From positions 1 to 64,000 of the forward strand of contig JAUCBJ010007937.1 in assembly GCA_032718475.1 (NCBI GenBank): a stretch of 64,000 nucleotides of DNA, in the 5' to 3' direction. The notes beneath the pieces were generated by a model. The model worked only from the letters and a program-made list of their open reading frames with translations, did no database searches and had not been told where the DNA came from. Position numbers and translations under genes: made by a program. This stretch comes from Nemertoderma westbladi. Its lineage: Eukaryota > Animalia > Xenacoelomorpha. Below are positions 1-12,957 of this stretch, piece after piece. Each line of letters starts with the position of its first letter. Position 1 is the stretch's first letter.

Positions 1-245
1 GCTCCAAAAGAAACAAGGGGTGTACAGTCCCTAATTTCTTAAACAGCCTACCAATGTATAAGATCACAATCGAAATAATACTAAGGTACTTGTACAGCAG
101 TACCGGTTCAGGCAGTTGGGCCTACGGACCTACAAGAGTAATACCGGTTATGACAGTTGGGCCTACTGACCTACTGGTACCGGTTCTGATGTACCGGTAC
201 CTTTCAATCTTATTACTTACCGCAAATAAGATCGATAGCTATTAT

Positions 246-1477
246 TGTACGCGCTTTTATAGACCTTCAGCAGTTTAACCTGCCGAAATTTATATGTCTT
301 TATTGATAATCTGCCTTTTGTAAGATGATAAGATTTAATACAAAACAAACCAAAAACATTAGCCGAAGCCAGTCCATGCGCGTCCAAATGACCCGTTTAT
401 AACACCGGGAGACTGGATTCGTGGGCTTAAATTTATTTGCGGTCAAGCCTACTGTATTATTCGATTGATTACTAATATATAATCTCTGACAAATATTATT
501 CACTTTCGGGAAATATTAGCAGTTCCTTTTAGGACGTGGCGCTCTACCTATGTAAACAGAGTTATGACTGATATTACACACAACGATATGGCTTAAATTT
601 CAAGCATAGGGCGCATTCTTTAGGAATGCTTTATTATCAGACCCAATCACTTTACAATCACGCACGCTACCGGTAACGCACAACACTGCTCACTGATATG
701 CCGACAGTTACTGACTTTGATCAGGTATAAAGAGATATGCACTGGACTCAGGTAGTGTCTGTCAAACAACATTAGATTCACTACAAACACAATAATAAAG
801 TCGCAATTGTTGTACATAACCCTTCTCTCTAACCTGTAGTGTATCAAGGATATTGGGAAAATGCGGGTTGATTATTGATATTCTTCAACTAATAACATCC
901 AATTATACTGATACAAAATTACAAACAGTAAAAGCAGTATGACGGTAGGTTAAGATACAATTAGATTGCAAGTGATGAGATCAATCAATTAAATGATAAG
1001 ATGAGATAATAGCTATGCTTTCTATAATTTAGCCTACTAATGTTCTTATAAAAAGGCAGAAAACATTTCGCTATCTCAAAAACGGTCTTAAAACTCTGAT
1101 AATAAAGTCTCAAAATCATAACAAAAGTCCCGTGACTTTAGCTCTCTTATTTTCCAAGAATCCCGTTCAACACAGGTAATCAGCAGTGAGACAGGATAAT
1201 TTCAGTTCAGTAGCTCGGGATTGGTCGAAATCAGAACTAACTCAACGCAGGGCTATGGGTAACTAGGGCAACCTTCCCAAGCCGGCTGGCCAATCGAACA
1301 GCTCAGATCCCTCCTAAAGGATTCCAACGCCTTGGAGGGGGGAACTGGTTAGCAAAGAAAACAAATCAGTCATATCCCAGAAAAACCTTTACAGTAGGTT
1401 TCAGAGTATTTTAGCGTATGGGGGAAAAACTGGGTTGCGGGGCGAAGGGCCAGTTACATCCCACAGAAGCTTTTACA
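246..1477 (-). mobile_element. 5' LTR (~1.23 kb) of LTR retrotransposon D (related to element A); internal region runs off the left edge (245->1)
   Basis: Minus strand reads TGTAAAAGCTTCTG...AAAAGCGCGTACA, similar at both ends and over 250-1040 to the LTR at 10014-11207 (TGTAAAAGGTTTTG...AAAAGCGCGTACA). Flanks differ (ATTAT vs GCCGC), so it is not a solo LTR. It interrupts the C-family copy at 1478. Confidence 0.75.
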
Positions 1478-2682
1478 GCCGCGTGGGATGTACGAACTAT
1501 TAAGTACAAATTCAATTAATGCAAAATAATCATATAAGTGCAATTTGTATGTACGTACGTAGTAATTAGTAATCTAGAAATATATACATTCGGAGTAAGT
1601 ACTATAGTCATACAACCTTTCTCAATTAGCTACTGGGACTGGGGGATAACTGACTATGGCACTATGGACGAGACACCAGACAATTTCACACTTCTTGAGT
1701 GCGACGGCACGAGAGGGGGGGGGGAGATTCGTCAGAAGGGAAGAGACAGTCGAAGTGAGGTTGAGGGACGGAATAATAGTGCGGAGTGCGGAGAGAGTGC
1801 GGACGCAATTCTAGTGTGGGGGGGGGGAGAATAAGAGGCTGAGTAAGGGACGAGGAGGTCCGAGTGTGAGAGAGTTAGGGTGAGAGTGAAGAAGAGATAG
1901 GGCGGAAGTGTTGGGGAAACAAAAGTTGCGTGGGAGGTGAGCGCGATCGGCCCGACATGAGACGCCAGGCACACAGGGTAGCGTTATCATACCCATAGGG
2001 GGCGGCCTGGAAAGCCGACTCCGAGAGAAAAGAATTCCACCCCACACCCGATACTAGATCGGGATCCAGCGGGATTGTAGCGCACTTTTTTGGTTGATGC
2101 TATCTTCTTACCGGGAAGATAGCATGGGGGGGAGTGTTAGCTTATTCAATCCCGCTAACACCCCATAAAGTTATAAGCCGATAAGCAATATTGGGAGCCA
2201 CGAGATTGGGTAATTAACCAACTCGTGCCATCCCAATAAGAATGGGAAGGAAGCACACAATAGAGGGTCAGGGGCCAAACCCCTAACCCAGAGAGAATAG
2301 GTGGAGTGAACGGGAACACTCCAAAGGGCGCCAACAAGGGTATCAACCAATCAGAGGGGGGAAAGGCATCGAACAGGTAGAGTAACAAGGCCAACCGTGC
2401 AGTATAGCCACTTGGCAGTAATATTACCAATTCAGTTATCTCAGTGCAATACCGGTGCTAGTTAGGTTATTACATAGTTTTAGATAGGGAAGGACCGGGA
2501 CTTTAGTTACCGTATCCCGCCTTCCGTATACGACAATATTATATCATACTATATCTATATCTATATCCACATGTTATATTATATACGACAAACAACATCA
2601 GAACTCGTTTCACTCTTTATACACGGCGGGGATGCGTGAACTAAAACCGGATAAACCGGGATCCCTCTTGGATCCCGTCACA
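1478..2682 (+). mobile_element. 3' end of a C-family BEL/Pao copy (C'): 3' UTR, polypurine tract and 3' LTR (2135-2682)
   Basis: 1478-2360 is a near-identical reverse complement of ~38985-39869. PPT GGGGGGGAG is followed by TGTTAGC at 2135; the LTR ends GGATCCCGTCACA at 2682, then element A gag resumes. Confidence 0.9.
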
Positions 2683-5600
2683 GTAAAACTACAACTCATC
2701 AAGCAGTCCAGAGAGAAAACATCGGAAAATAAGGTAAGTGAGAAACCCGTTTCTAGGAGAAGAGTAACACCAGTGTGTTACACTGACGACGGCGAAAGCC
2801 AAGCTTCTCAAGAAGAGGACAGCGGGAAAGACACTGACCGATCTTACTACGTTAGCAAAACCTCAAAGGACGTAAGTAAATACAAGGCTCGAACCAAAGA
2901 TAGGAGAGAACAGGTTGCCAAGACTCCTCCTCAGTCTCCTAACAGAATGCACGGAAGAAAGACCGAAGAAAGAACGAGAGTGCATCAAGTTACCCAAGGT
3001 AAAGTGAGTAACATCAAACCAAACTGTGCGCTGTGCGATGGGACCCACCGTTTGAGTGCGTGTGCTGAATTTCTAAAGAAATCCCTTGTAGACAGACGTG
3101 CAGTCATGTGGGATAAGCGGTTATGCTATAATTGCCTCAGATCAGGACACCAACGGCGAACCTGTTACTCCGACGTAAAGTGTGCAAAGTGTGGCGCGAA
3201 ACATCACATCTTGTTACACAGTGAGTTCGAACGAGACAACCCGAGTCAGGTAAGTGAGCCCGAACTACATGTCCAATTCAGTGATGTAAATGACACTGAT
3301 CAAGAGTCTGAGATGGAAGGATTCTATACTGACGAATTCTCCGACGCCAACGAATCCTGTTACCTAATCAATACCGCGGTGTATCGAGCACTTACTTATG
3401 AAAAGGACACCGACAATGAGTTCCCCCCAACTACTTTTGCCAGACAACCATCTTGGAAAGCTCCAACTTCCAACGTAGGAATCAGAGAATTTCCTGTAGT
3501 ACAGGTAAGAGTTCACGGTCCTAACAAAAGTTACATAGTGAACGCCCTCCTTGACTCCGGCAGCACAGGAACATTCATCGATCAAGAACTAGCCGAAGAT
3601 ATCTTTGCTGGACAACCCAAATTCCGGACTAAATTGAATATGTCAGGAATTATGCAGGTTTGGAAATCTACCCTAACGGCAGATTACTATGTAGGTGTGT
3701 TGTCCACCCCCCAGGATAAATTAGGAGCACAAGGTATAAGGTCGGTAAAACTGGTGGCTATAAAGAACTTCGATACTACCCAAGCAGACCTTTATAATTG
3801 GGACGAGGATGAGAGCATCCAACATCTTAAGATACCTCGATTCTAGACAGATTATCCTGGAGTGCAAATACTCATCGGCCAAAACGCGCATGAGGCGCTC
3901 GAGACATTGGAGAAACGGCCTGCTCAACCGCAGCCACTGCAAACCTATGCGGTAAGAACTAGAGTAGGTTGGTACTTTACTGGCCCTTCCCGCAGAACTC
4001 TCGAAGAGAGAATGCCACAAGAACGAATATACCAAGTAAACGATTGGGAAGTGGAGAGCAATGAGGTGGACGAACTAACTGAGGGAACACCATACTCCTC
4101 AGATAATGACGACATCTACCAACTCTTCGATGAAGAGAACACAATCGACCTACTTACAGAAAACAAAAGTTGGAAAAACCAGGTGAACCTATGTCAACTG
4201 ATTCGCCCATCGGGACCCATTGATTACAATGACGAACTAAATGATGAGATAGAGCGCTACAACGCTAGAACTCGGGACGAACTCGCCGTACGATTCTTTA
4301 CTCAAGAATTGGTAGAGCCCAATTCATACGATAAGGCCCTATCGATAGAAGAAGAAAGAGCCAAGCAAATCCAGGAAACAACTATACGTTTTTTAAAAGA
4401 TCAAGGTAGATATGAAATCGGCCTATCATTTCGAAAACGAGAACCTAGATTTATAAATAACAGACCCTTGGCAGAGAAAAGAATCACTCAATTACATCGA
4501 CGCCTTACGGCTAACGCTTCAGCTAAAGAAATGTACCAAACTCAGTTGAAGAAATTTATTACAAAGGGATACGCGGAGCGAGTACCGGAAGGAACACCAG
4601 TAACTGAGAGAACGTATTACTTAATACATCATTACGTTCCCAAACCCGGTAAACCCCATGAAGTACGAGTCGTATTCGATGGCTCTGCTCTATATATGGG
4701 CCAATCCCTCAATTCCGAGTTGTTACCAGGACCCAACTTACTCCAATCTTTGTTGGGAATACTTTTAAGATTAAGACAATATTCCATCGCGTTCGCCTCC
4801 GATATAGAAGGAATGTTCTTACAAGTCAAGGCGCTGGATAGAGATAGAGACAGCCTGAGATTTCTGTGGTGGCCTGAAGGAGATCTCAACCAGAAACCGG
4901 TAGAGTACTGGATGACCATCCAGGCTTTTGGGATCATATCAAGCCCTTCCAACGCCTGCTCCATGGTGCGGACCACTGTGAATGACAACCGAGACGCCTT
5001 CTCAAAAGAGGTGATAGACAACATCAAGCGTAATATATACATGGACGACAATTTAAGGTCCCTTCCATCAGTAGAAGAAGCCATTGATGTCGCGAAAGGA
5101 ATGGTAGAGTGTTTGAAAAGAGGTGGATTTCGACTGACGAAATTCACCAGCAACTCCCGTGAGTTTCTGGAAGCGATACCGGTAGAAGACCGAGGAACGA
5201 AAGATCTAGACTTAATAAAGGACGATCTTCCAGAAACCAAGACGCTTGGCTTGAAGTGGGACACCGAAAGAGATATCCTGTTTTTTCAGCTAAAACAGCG
5301 AGATAATCCAGTTCGGACCAAACGGATTTGTTTAAGTATCCTGAGCACTTATTTCGACCCATTGGGATTTATTAGCCCAGTTATATTGATTGCTCGGAGT
5401 TTAGTACAACAAATGTGGCTTGAAAACCACTCATGGGACGATCCGCTTAAGGGAGAACTGTTAAAGAAATGGATGAAATGGGAAGATTCTCTACCTGCCA
5501 TCGAGAGCTTTGTAATTTCCCGTGCATATTTTGGTCATGTTCTTCCTACATATTCCTATCAACTCCATGTGTTTGGAGACGCCAGCGACATGGGAATAGG

Positions 5601-7915
5601 TATAGTAGCATATCTGCGAGTCGAAACTCCGGATGGAATCAAAGTCGCCTTGGTTACCTCTAAGGCATTGATTAACAACAAGTTAAAGGTTCCTCGAGCG
5701 GAGTTAAAGGCGGCTTTATACGCTACAGCCATCGGCCGGAACGTAACAGAACAAATCGACTATCCACTGGAGAAAACTGTTTATTGGACCGACGCTCTAC
5801 TCGTGTTGGAGTATATAACCAATGAAGTCTGTCAGTTCAGCGTTTTTGTTACTAACAGGGTAGCTATTATTCTTAGTCGCACAAAGATAGATCAATGGAG
5901 ACATTGCCCTGGTACGATTAATCCAGCTGATATCGCCTCCAGGGGAGCAACACCACAGGAACTGATAGATACTCCAGACTGGTTGGGTGGACCCGACTTC
6001 CTGAGTAAGGAAGAGGATGAATGGCCTCCTCACCTTACTACGGCGGAGATTAGACAAGCCAAGGGAGCGGAGAAAGTCAAACCTAAAACCCGGGCGAGTA
6101 AATCGAAGTTATTTAAACCGACTATCGATCTATCTGTATTACATACTTCCGGAAACGATGCTTCGGATCCACAATCCCTCGCCACAAATAAGTCTGTTGT
6201 GGAAATTAGAGATAGAGATTGGAAATCTGGAACACCAGACGTCTCGCAAGGAATCTCACCCCTGCTGCAGAGAGCAATGCATCACTACAGTTCCTGGAAT
6301 CGGCTCTGTAAAGCCGTCACATATTTAAGGCGATGTTTTCATCATCACTACTCCAGGACGAAGACCATTAGTGATACCGCTCCATTGACATCTGCGCAAG
6401 TTCATGTTATTAAAAATTTACCCAAATATAAGACATCCGACCGGTTTCTAAAGGAAAAAATCAGTTACCAGGAGCATGAAGAAACCAATAAGCAGATACT
6501 GAGACTCCTGCAATGCTATGAGGATTCCGATAAGTATTTCCTGTTGTTGAGAAATCCGCAGATGCGCTTAAGGGATCGCTTCTCTAGCACAATGATAGAT
6601 GGGTTAATACGTGTTGGAGGAAGGCTCACCAATGCGCCATTATCCTTTGACACTAAATTCCCCATACTCATTAGAAATCTTGAAGTACAAATCAAGATGA
6701 TTGTAGATGTTCACAGTAAACTTTATCATGCTGGTAGAGAACGAGTTCTTAGCGAAATTCGAACTCGCTATTATTTTGATAAACCCCGTAGAGCTCTGAA
6801 CCAAGTTCTTAGGAACTGCATACCCTGTATTCAGTAGGCCTTTAACACAGCGAGAGGCAGAATTACCTAGGGAACGAGTAAGCTTCTATGAACCACCTTT
6901 TACTAATACTGGTGTAGATTTATTTGGCCCTATTGAAGTATATCGTGCTAGGACTATAGTCAAGAGATGGTGTGTCATCTTCGTATGCATGACTTGTAGA
7001 GCCATCCATCTCGATATGGTGAACGATCTATCTACCAACAGCTTCGTCTTAAGTTTACGCCGACAGATCGCTCGCTTCGGGACGAGTAATACCATGAGAT
7101 CGGATAAGGGAACGAACTTCATTGGTGCCAACAACGAAATCCAGGCTTACGTGAAGGACTGGAACCAAAGACAGGTGGACGATCAGCTAAGGATAACAGC
7201 GTCTAGCTGGACCTTCAACGCCGCCGACGCCCCTTGGTGGGGAGGAAGTTGGGAGAGATTAATTAGAAGTGTCAAGACCGCATTTCACTTTATAGTGCCA
7301 TGCCGCGCGTATCTCACCGGCGAACTTTTGCGGACATTAATGGAGGAAATAGCTGCCTATCTCAACGAGAGACCGCTTATGTCAGTCTCATCGAGTCCCG
7401 ATTCCCTGGAAGCGCTAACACCCGCGCACTTCCTACTGAAGAAACCTGTAGCCATGCTCCCACGATCGGAGATTACCGACGGAGACGAATACTGCCGTCG
7501 AACTTGGCAACTTATGCAGTTGCTATCCCGTCGTTTCGCTGACCATTTCGAGAAACATTATCTGCCCACGCTACAACTTCGAACTAAGTGGTTTGCGCAG
7601 CAAGAAAACGTCAGAGCCGGAGATATGGTGCTTATTGTAGATTCAGGCCTTCCACGTAAACGGTGGCAGACAGGTCGTATCATCGAGACTCACATCTCGG
7701 ATGATGGTTTAGTACGCTCGGTAGAACTCGTCGTCATGCGGCGTAACTTCAAGAAGCCAGGCATAATCTTTGAGACGCAACAACTCAACCGCCCAGTTGG
7801 TCATTTATGTTTACTGGAAAGAGACAGAGAACTCTCCGGAAACTATGGAAGGCAAGACACTCTTCCCACGACCACCTCCCTAATTCCTCAAACATCTAGG
7901 GACTCCCCAACGTGA
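2683..7915 (+). pseudogene. Disrupted BEL/Pao gag-pol polyprotein of element A
   Basis: Triple zinc knuckle (CALCDGTH, CYNCLRSGH, CAKCGAKHH), protease LLDSGS, RT YMDD, RNase H FGDAS...YWTD...NPAD, integrase SDKGTNF...WERL. In-frame TAG at 3844-3846 and a frame break/deletion near 6835. Confidence 0.92.
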
Positions 7916-9541
7916 TACGTCTGGAGTGGGTGCATGACTATATTATTTTATCTATTTTATTATATTTTATATGTGAACATTATTATGTACTTTATTATAA
8001 TCGTTTTTATTCAATTTTATTTAGTAGAAGGTTATTTTAGATTATTTGGTAGATTAGTGCAATATATTAGTGTTTATTACGTAATTACATATATATAATA
8101 TATATTTAGTGTGACGGCGAGAAATAATTCTTTTTCTCTTTCCTTACTGTCCGTATTATATTATAAATACGAGACTACATGTAAGATGACATGTCAGTAC
8201 TTATTAAAGTACAATAAAGCTCCTACTATATTTAAGTATTATTGGTAGGCAGAGTATTAGGAATGCAAAGTTCAGATCCTCGTGTCTCGGCTAAACCAAG
8301 CTCTGGGTAGACCTTGGAAACGACTTGCCTCTTCACACTGACATTGCTTCGTGCGATATTGCTCTTCTACCTTATATTAAATAATACATATAGTAGCGTG
8401 ATGTCCCTATAACAGTAGCGTAAAACGCAAATAAATCTGTTAAACCTTTTTGATCATCTGTAATTCTAGTCGATTAAGATATCGTGGCACCCACCGATAT
8501 ACTTGAAAGACAAATTCTAGAATCAGTGGTTAACGTCCCCAGACAAGTTCTGGAATAAATCGGTGCCCATCTTAAATATTAATTTAATATTTATTAAAAT
8601 CTGTAAAATTCAGATCCTTTAAAATTTCTAGTCAATTAAGATATCGCAGCACTTACCGATACTCTTAAAGGACAATTTTATAGAATTAAGGATCCTAAGT
8701 CCCCAGACATGCTCTGGAATAAAAATTGTGTCAATTTTAACATCAAATAATAAAATTCACGGGAATAAATTTAAATTCATATTTTAAATGAATTTCATAA
8801 ATTGTCATTTTGTGCAATTTATAACATTCCCAAAATTCCATTAATTAATAGATCATGGGAGCGGAGATTCATCCTATTGAGTGTATTAGAGTGCGAGAAT
8901 CTCCAACATATAGTCAATAGCCGATAAAATTAATAAAATCATGCATAAAGAGGATATTGACAATTAAAGAATTACTATTAAATAGCATTCCAGATCTGTA
9001 TGCATGAGAATTACCCTAATTCTACCGCTAGCTTTCCATAATGTCACCATAGCAACACCCACGCTAGAATTAGAAGCAAGTTAAAAGAACAATAGAAAGC
9101 TTGTCCCATTGCCTAGCATAGAGAATGCATAGCACACTGTTAGTATCCAAAGATACACAGTAATACGTGACATTCTGGAAGGCACTGACTAACGGACAAA
9201 TGGCCTGTATGTGTACAATTGGTGACAGTTGTGTGGAATTTGTGCGTTTATAGGTGAATGTTACTGCTAAAGTATGTTTACAGTAGCTAGTCGCAATTGT
9301 GAAAGTAGCCCAACTCTCCTATAGAAAGAACCTAAAGTGGATTCAAGCCTTTGGGACGGACAGTGGAGTGACTTGTGCCAGTTATCGTTGTCGTGCTGTT
9401 GCTACATGTTGGCGTAAACACCGCGACGACGGTACATCGGCGCTGAGAATCCCACTGTCCGGGGGCAAAGAGAGGTAGGCAGCGACGTCCGCTCGCCTAA
9501 ACATAAACTCATTACAATATTAATAAACTCAGATAGCAGAT

Positions 9542-9940
9542 ATGACGGAGTTGATAGAAGATGATCTTGGTATCAGGGAGCGATATACTCTACCTTTACA
9601 AGCATTTGTGGATAGCTTGATATGCGGTGAAGCCGATCCAACCATTACGGAGAATGATGGTCGTTATATCGAACCGCCGATGTCCCAAGAGCAACTTACG
9701 CGTGAATTGGACTATCGAAAATTCACCGCTCGCTATACGCATCGTAATGGTACGTATATGGACTTCCTAACTACCGGCCATCCTATCGATTTACATGATA
9801 CGGACGATGTAGACACCGAAAGGGAAATGGTTCTATTTAAATATCATACCCAGCGGAGTCGTAACGATAAACCGAGAATAGATCACGAAAATTCTATTCG
9901 TAACAGACTGGGAAGACGAACCAATATGCCTAGAATCTGA
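9542..9940 (+). CDS. Small 132-aa ORF of unknown function just upstream of the PPT of element A
   Basis: ATG-started ORF in the position where B and C have their accessory ORF; no recognisable motif. Confidence 0.35.
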   Translation: MTELIEDDLGIRERYTLPLQAFVDSLICGEADPTITENDGRYIEPPMSQEQLTRELDYRKFTARYTHRNGTYMDFLTTGHPIDLHDTDDVDTEREMVLFKYHTQRSRNDKPRIDHENSIRNRLGRRTNMPRI

Positions 9941-10013
9941 GGAGATTCAGTGCGTATATTAGAAACTGTGATTTTGTATATTTATAGACTTGAATCCCAT
10001 TTTCTGGGAGCGG

Positions 10014-11207
10014 TGTAAAAGGTTTTGCGGATATAATCAGTCCCCTTGCCCGCAAAGTACCGTTGTAGGTGTTTTAACGGACATAAAAGTCATTCTTCTA
10101 TATGTGTGCTTTGGCGGACGTGGCAAGGCAAAAAACCCGCAATGCGTCAAATACTCTAGCACAGTGTAGCCTGGATGATTCAGATTACGACATCTAACAG
10201 CTGGTTGCTGGCATGGAAACGGCCATTGGACACATGGTTCTTTGTTTAGCTTAACAGCCAATCAGAGCGATTTTTTCTGTCGATGTGGAGATATTCTGCA
10301 GATCGTGCTAGGAGTGTTCAGTCTTACTTTTTTTTCTTGATACTGTTGTGTTGTTTCTATCTAGGCCAAGAACACCGGCTCTAGAGTCAATTTGTTTCAG
10401 ACTTTAGAAGAAACATTAGTAGGCTTAGATTATAGAACGTATAACTGTTATCGGTCCAGTACAATCAGTGCAATCAGCAGCAGTCTTATATCACTGCAAC
10501 ATACATTATTATACTGCTATTTACTGTTGTCATTATTTGTATCAGATGGTTGAATATTAATATTTGGAGAACATCTATAAAGAACCCAAATTTCCCAATT
10601 TTCTTGATACACTACAGGTTAGAGAGACGGGTTACATATAGCGATTGCGACTTATATTATTGTGGTTTGTAGTGAATTTAATGCTATTTGATAAGCACTA
10701 CATGAGTCAATTGCTGTTCTCTTTATATATGATAAAATTCATTGACGGTCGGCAAATTAGTGTGCAGTATTGTGTGTTACCGGTAGTGTGCATGATTGTG
10801 ACTGATAACTAAGCATTTCCTAAAGAATGCGCCTCATACGTGAATCATAAGCCTTACCGACTTACCGTTGTGTTTAGTATAAGTCATATCTCTGTTTACC
10901 TAGATAGAGCGCCACGTCCTAATAGAACTGTTAATATTTCCCGAAAGTGAATAATATTGGTCAGAAATTATTTATTAACGATCAATCGAATAATACGGTA
11001 AGCTTACACTGCAATAACAATCTAAGCCCTCCGAATCCAGTCTCCCGGGTATATCCAGCGGGTGAATGGACGCGCACTAGGCTGGCTTCGGCTAATGTTG
11101 TGTTTATTGGTATTAAATACTTGTCATTTTCTAAAGTTTATTTATAAACCAAAAGACATATAAATTTTGGCAGGTTAAACTGCTAAAGGTCTTCAAAAGC
11201 GCGTACA
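10014..11207 (+). repeat. 3' LTR of element A (~1.19 kb)
   Basis: Starts TG right after PPT GGGAGCGG, ends GCGCGTACA; diverged inverted homolog at 246-1477. Confidence 0.75.
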
Positions 11208-11398
11208 TTTCGGGACGAATGCTTTAAAGGGACCAGCCAGGGCGCATCTCTGCCTTGCATCCTTAAGTGGTAGCTAAATGAGTACTGGAGTTTCCTCTGG
11301 GGAGTAAAGTTCTGGGGGGACCGCACTGGATATAAGTCGTCAGACTTTGTGCGTAATCCCTGGCCTAGTGGCCGAAGAAAATTTACTTTACTTTATAC
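11208..11398 (+). repeat. SINE-like interspersed repeat, copy 1
   Basis: ~190 bp closely matching 37012-37204; ends in a (TTTAC)n-like tail. Confidence 0.6.
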
Positions 11399-11915
11399 TG
11401 TAATTCTGTGATAAATTTTGTGATAATTCTGTGGCAGTAAAAGTAAATAATATATTATGTATTTCAAATAACATTTTACATTATTCGATTTACATTTCAC
11501 TTTTAGACATATTATTTACTCGTTTACATTAAAACTTACAATTATATTTATTTATTTATTTTATTACATATTTATAGAATTAAATGTCTATTTACTTACT
11601 AATTGAACCAATTTGTTTTCTGTTTGTGTTTTCCAATACTTACAGTAATTTGTTGATCGACCAAATTATCTTCAAACGTCAATTTAACGCAAAATTACAA
11701 TTGACAATTGACTCCTCTGTTTGAAACATTAATGTTATTTATAAATTAACGGAAAGGAGCAAGTTTCAGTGCTTTTTATTTTACCCAAAACCGTAAATAA
11801 GAGTCAATACCACAGGCTACAGTTATAATTTTGTGATTAATCAGCTGTTTTTGCGTCGATTTCCCCTGGAAAGCACTAAAACGTTACAGTCGTCTTCAAT
11901 TGATTGTTCTCATAG

Positions 11916-12123
11916 AATTTCCGAGGAAGTGCGTATAACTGGCGTATTTGGGATCTGGAGTCTGGTGATATCGTATTAGACAGAGACGATTTACCGCCTT
12001 CCACCATCTTACCACCTCGCACACTAATGCCTGGACTCTATCGTGTGTGTCTACAGGTGTCGCTATTGCCTGTCGAGTTCTTTCTAGGGATGACTACTAG
12101 TGATTGCATGTACGCCCAAGTTG
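11916..12123 (+). CDS. Host exon, polycystin-1/REJ-domain protein (NFRGSAYNW...LPPRTLMPGLYRVCLQV...SDCMYAQV)
   Basis: catag acceptor, gtaggt donor, open frame ending in phase 1; REJ-like LPPxTLxPGxYxVxL pattern. Confidence 0.75.
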
Positions 12124-12557
12124 GTAGGTAACCTATTTATTTGGTAGAGATTGAAGGCATTGATTGCATTGAGTTCATTGAACTTGCGCAATACAATAAT
12201 GGCTCTTTGTTACGAGTTTTTACTTTTATTCCGATAGGAGATTTAATATTCAACTCAATTACCAAACCTAAACGCAACACAACTTGTACATTATTAAAAA
12301 TAAAATGAAGGCGGCGGGCTTTCTACCTGTTACCAAAACAATAAATGATATTGTTACTATTGCGGGAGAGTAACAGGTTAAAGAGGCGGGCATTTCTAGG
12401 TAACCCAAACTGTTATATCTTTGCTAACCTCTCTACGCTGGGTATATGAGTATTTTTATTCAGTTTAATAAGCTATTATATTGGAATAGTTTATTAATTA
12501 AGCTTTTGTTATTTGTTTTTTTATTCCAAAAATTACGACATTAGTTATTTTTTATAG

Positions 12558-12757
12558 AACTCCCACCTCTGGAAGCTTTCATAGTTGGAGGTTTAACAAT
12601 AACTATAGCGCCAACCAATCCGTCGGTATTAGTGGATGGGTTGACACAATCCCAGGATTCCTCTACAATCTCTAAGAACCATCTACTGTTTACATGGAGT
12701 TGTCTTTGGGTTAATAGATCACCGAATGTTTGCAACATTAACGATATAAGATCATTA
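12558..12757 (+). CDS. Host exon, REJ domain (ELPPLEAFIVGG...VDGLTQSQD...LLFTWSC...)
   Basis: tttatag acceptor, gtgagt donor, phase 1->0 compatible with the previous exon; PLxAxIxGG...DG..S.D...FxWxC REJ pattern. Confidence 0.8.
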
Positions 12758-12957
12758 GTGAGTCATCCCAATTCCTATAACTACAACTAACTGTTCTCGA
12801 AATTCATTTAAATTTTACAATAAGCTGCTTATATAGAATTATATTCCCTAAATGCCGTGGATTTTCAAAATTTTATTTTATTCGGATTAACTTTGTAAAG
12901 ATTGCTTTGAGTTCTCACTCGTATTGGTTCTATCTATTATGCATCTATCGGTCAAGT

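Larger units (their letters stand above)
2683..11207 (+). mobile_element. BEL/Pao LTR retrotransposon A (5' part outside the window, interrupted by C')
   Basis: gag-PR-RT-RH-IN order, ~2.1 kb 3' region, PPT GGGAGCGG (10006-10013), then LTR 10014-11207. Confidence 0.85.

Noticed and set aside
3844-3846. Gag-pol stop-codon readthrough in element A
   Set aside because: The stop lies within the protease region and the copy has other lesions; B has no stop there, so a nonsense mutation is simpler.
7931-8255. Short LTR after pol of A followed by a PBS-like TGGTAGGCAGAG
   Set aside because: No second copy in the window; the PPT and LTR at 10006-11207 are better supported by homology to 246-1477.
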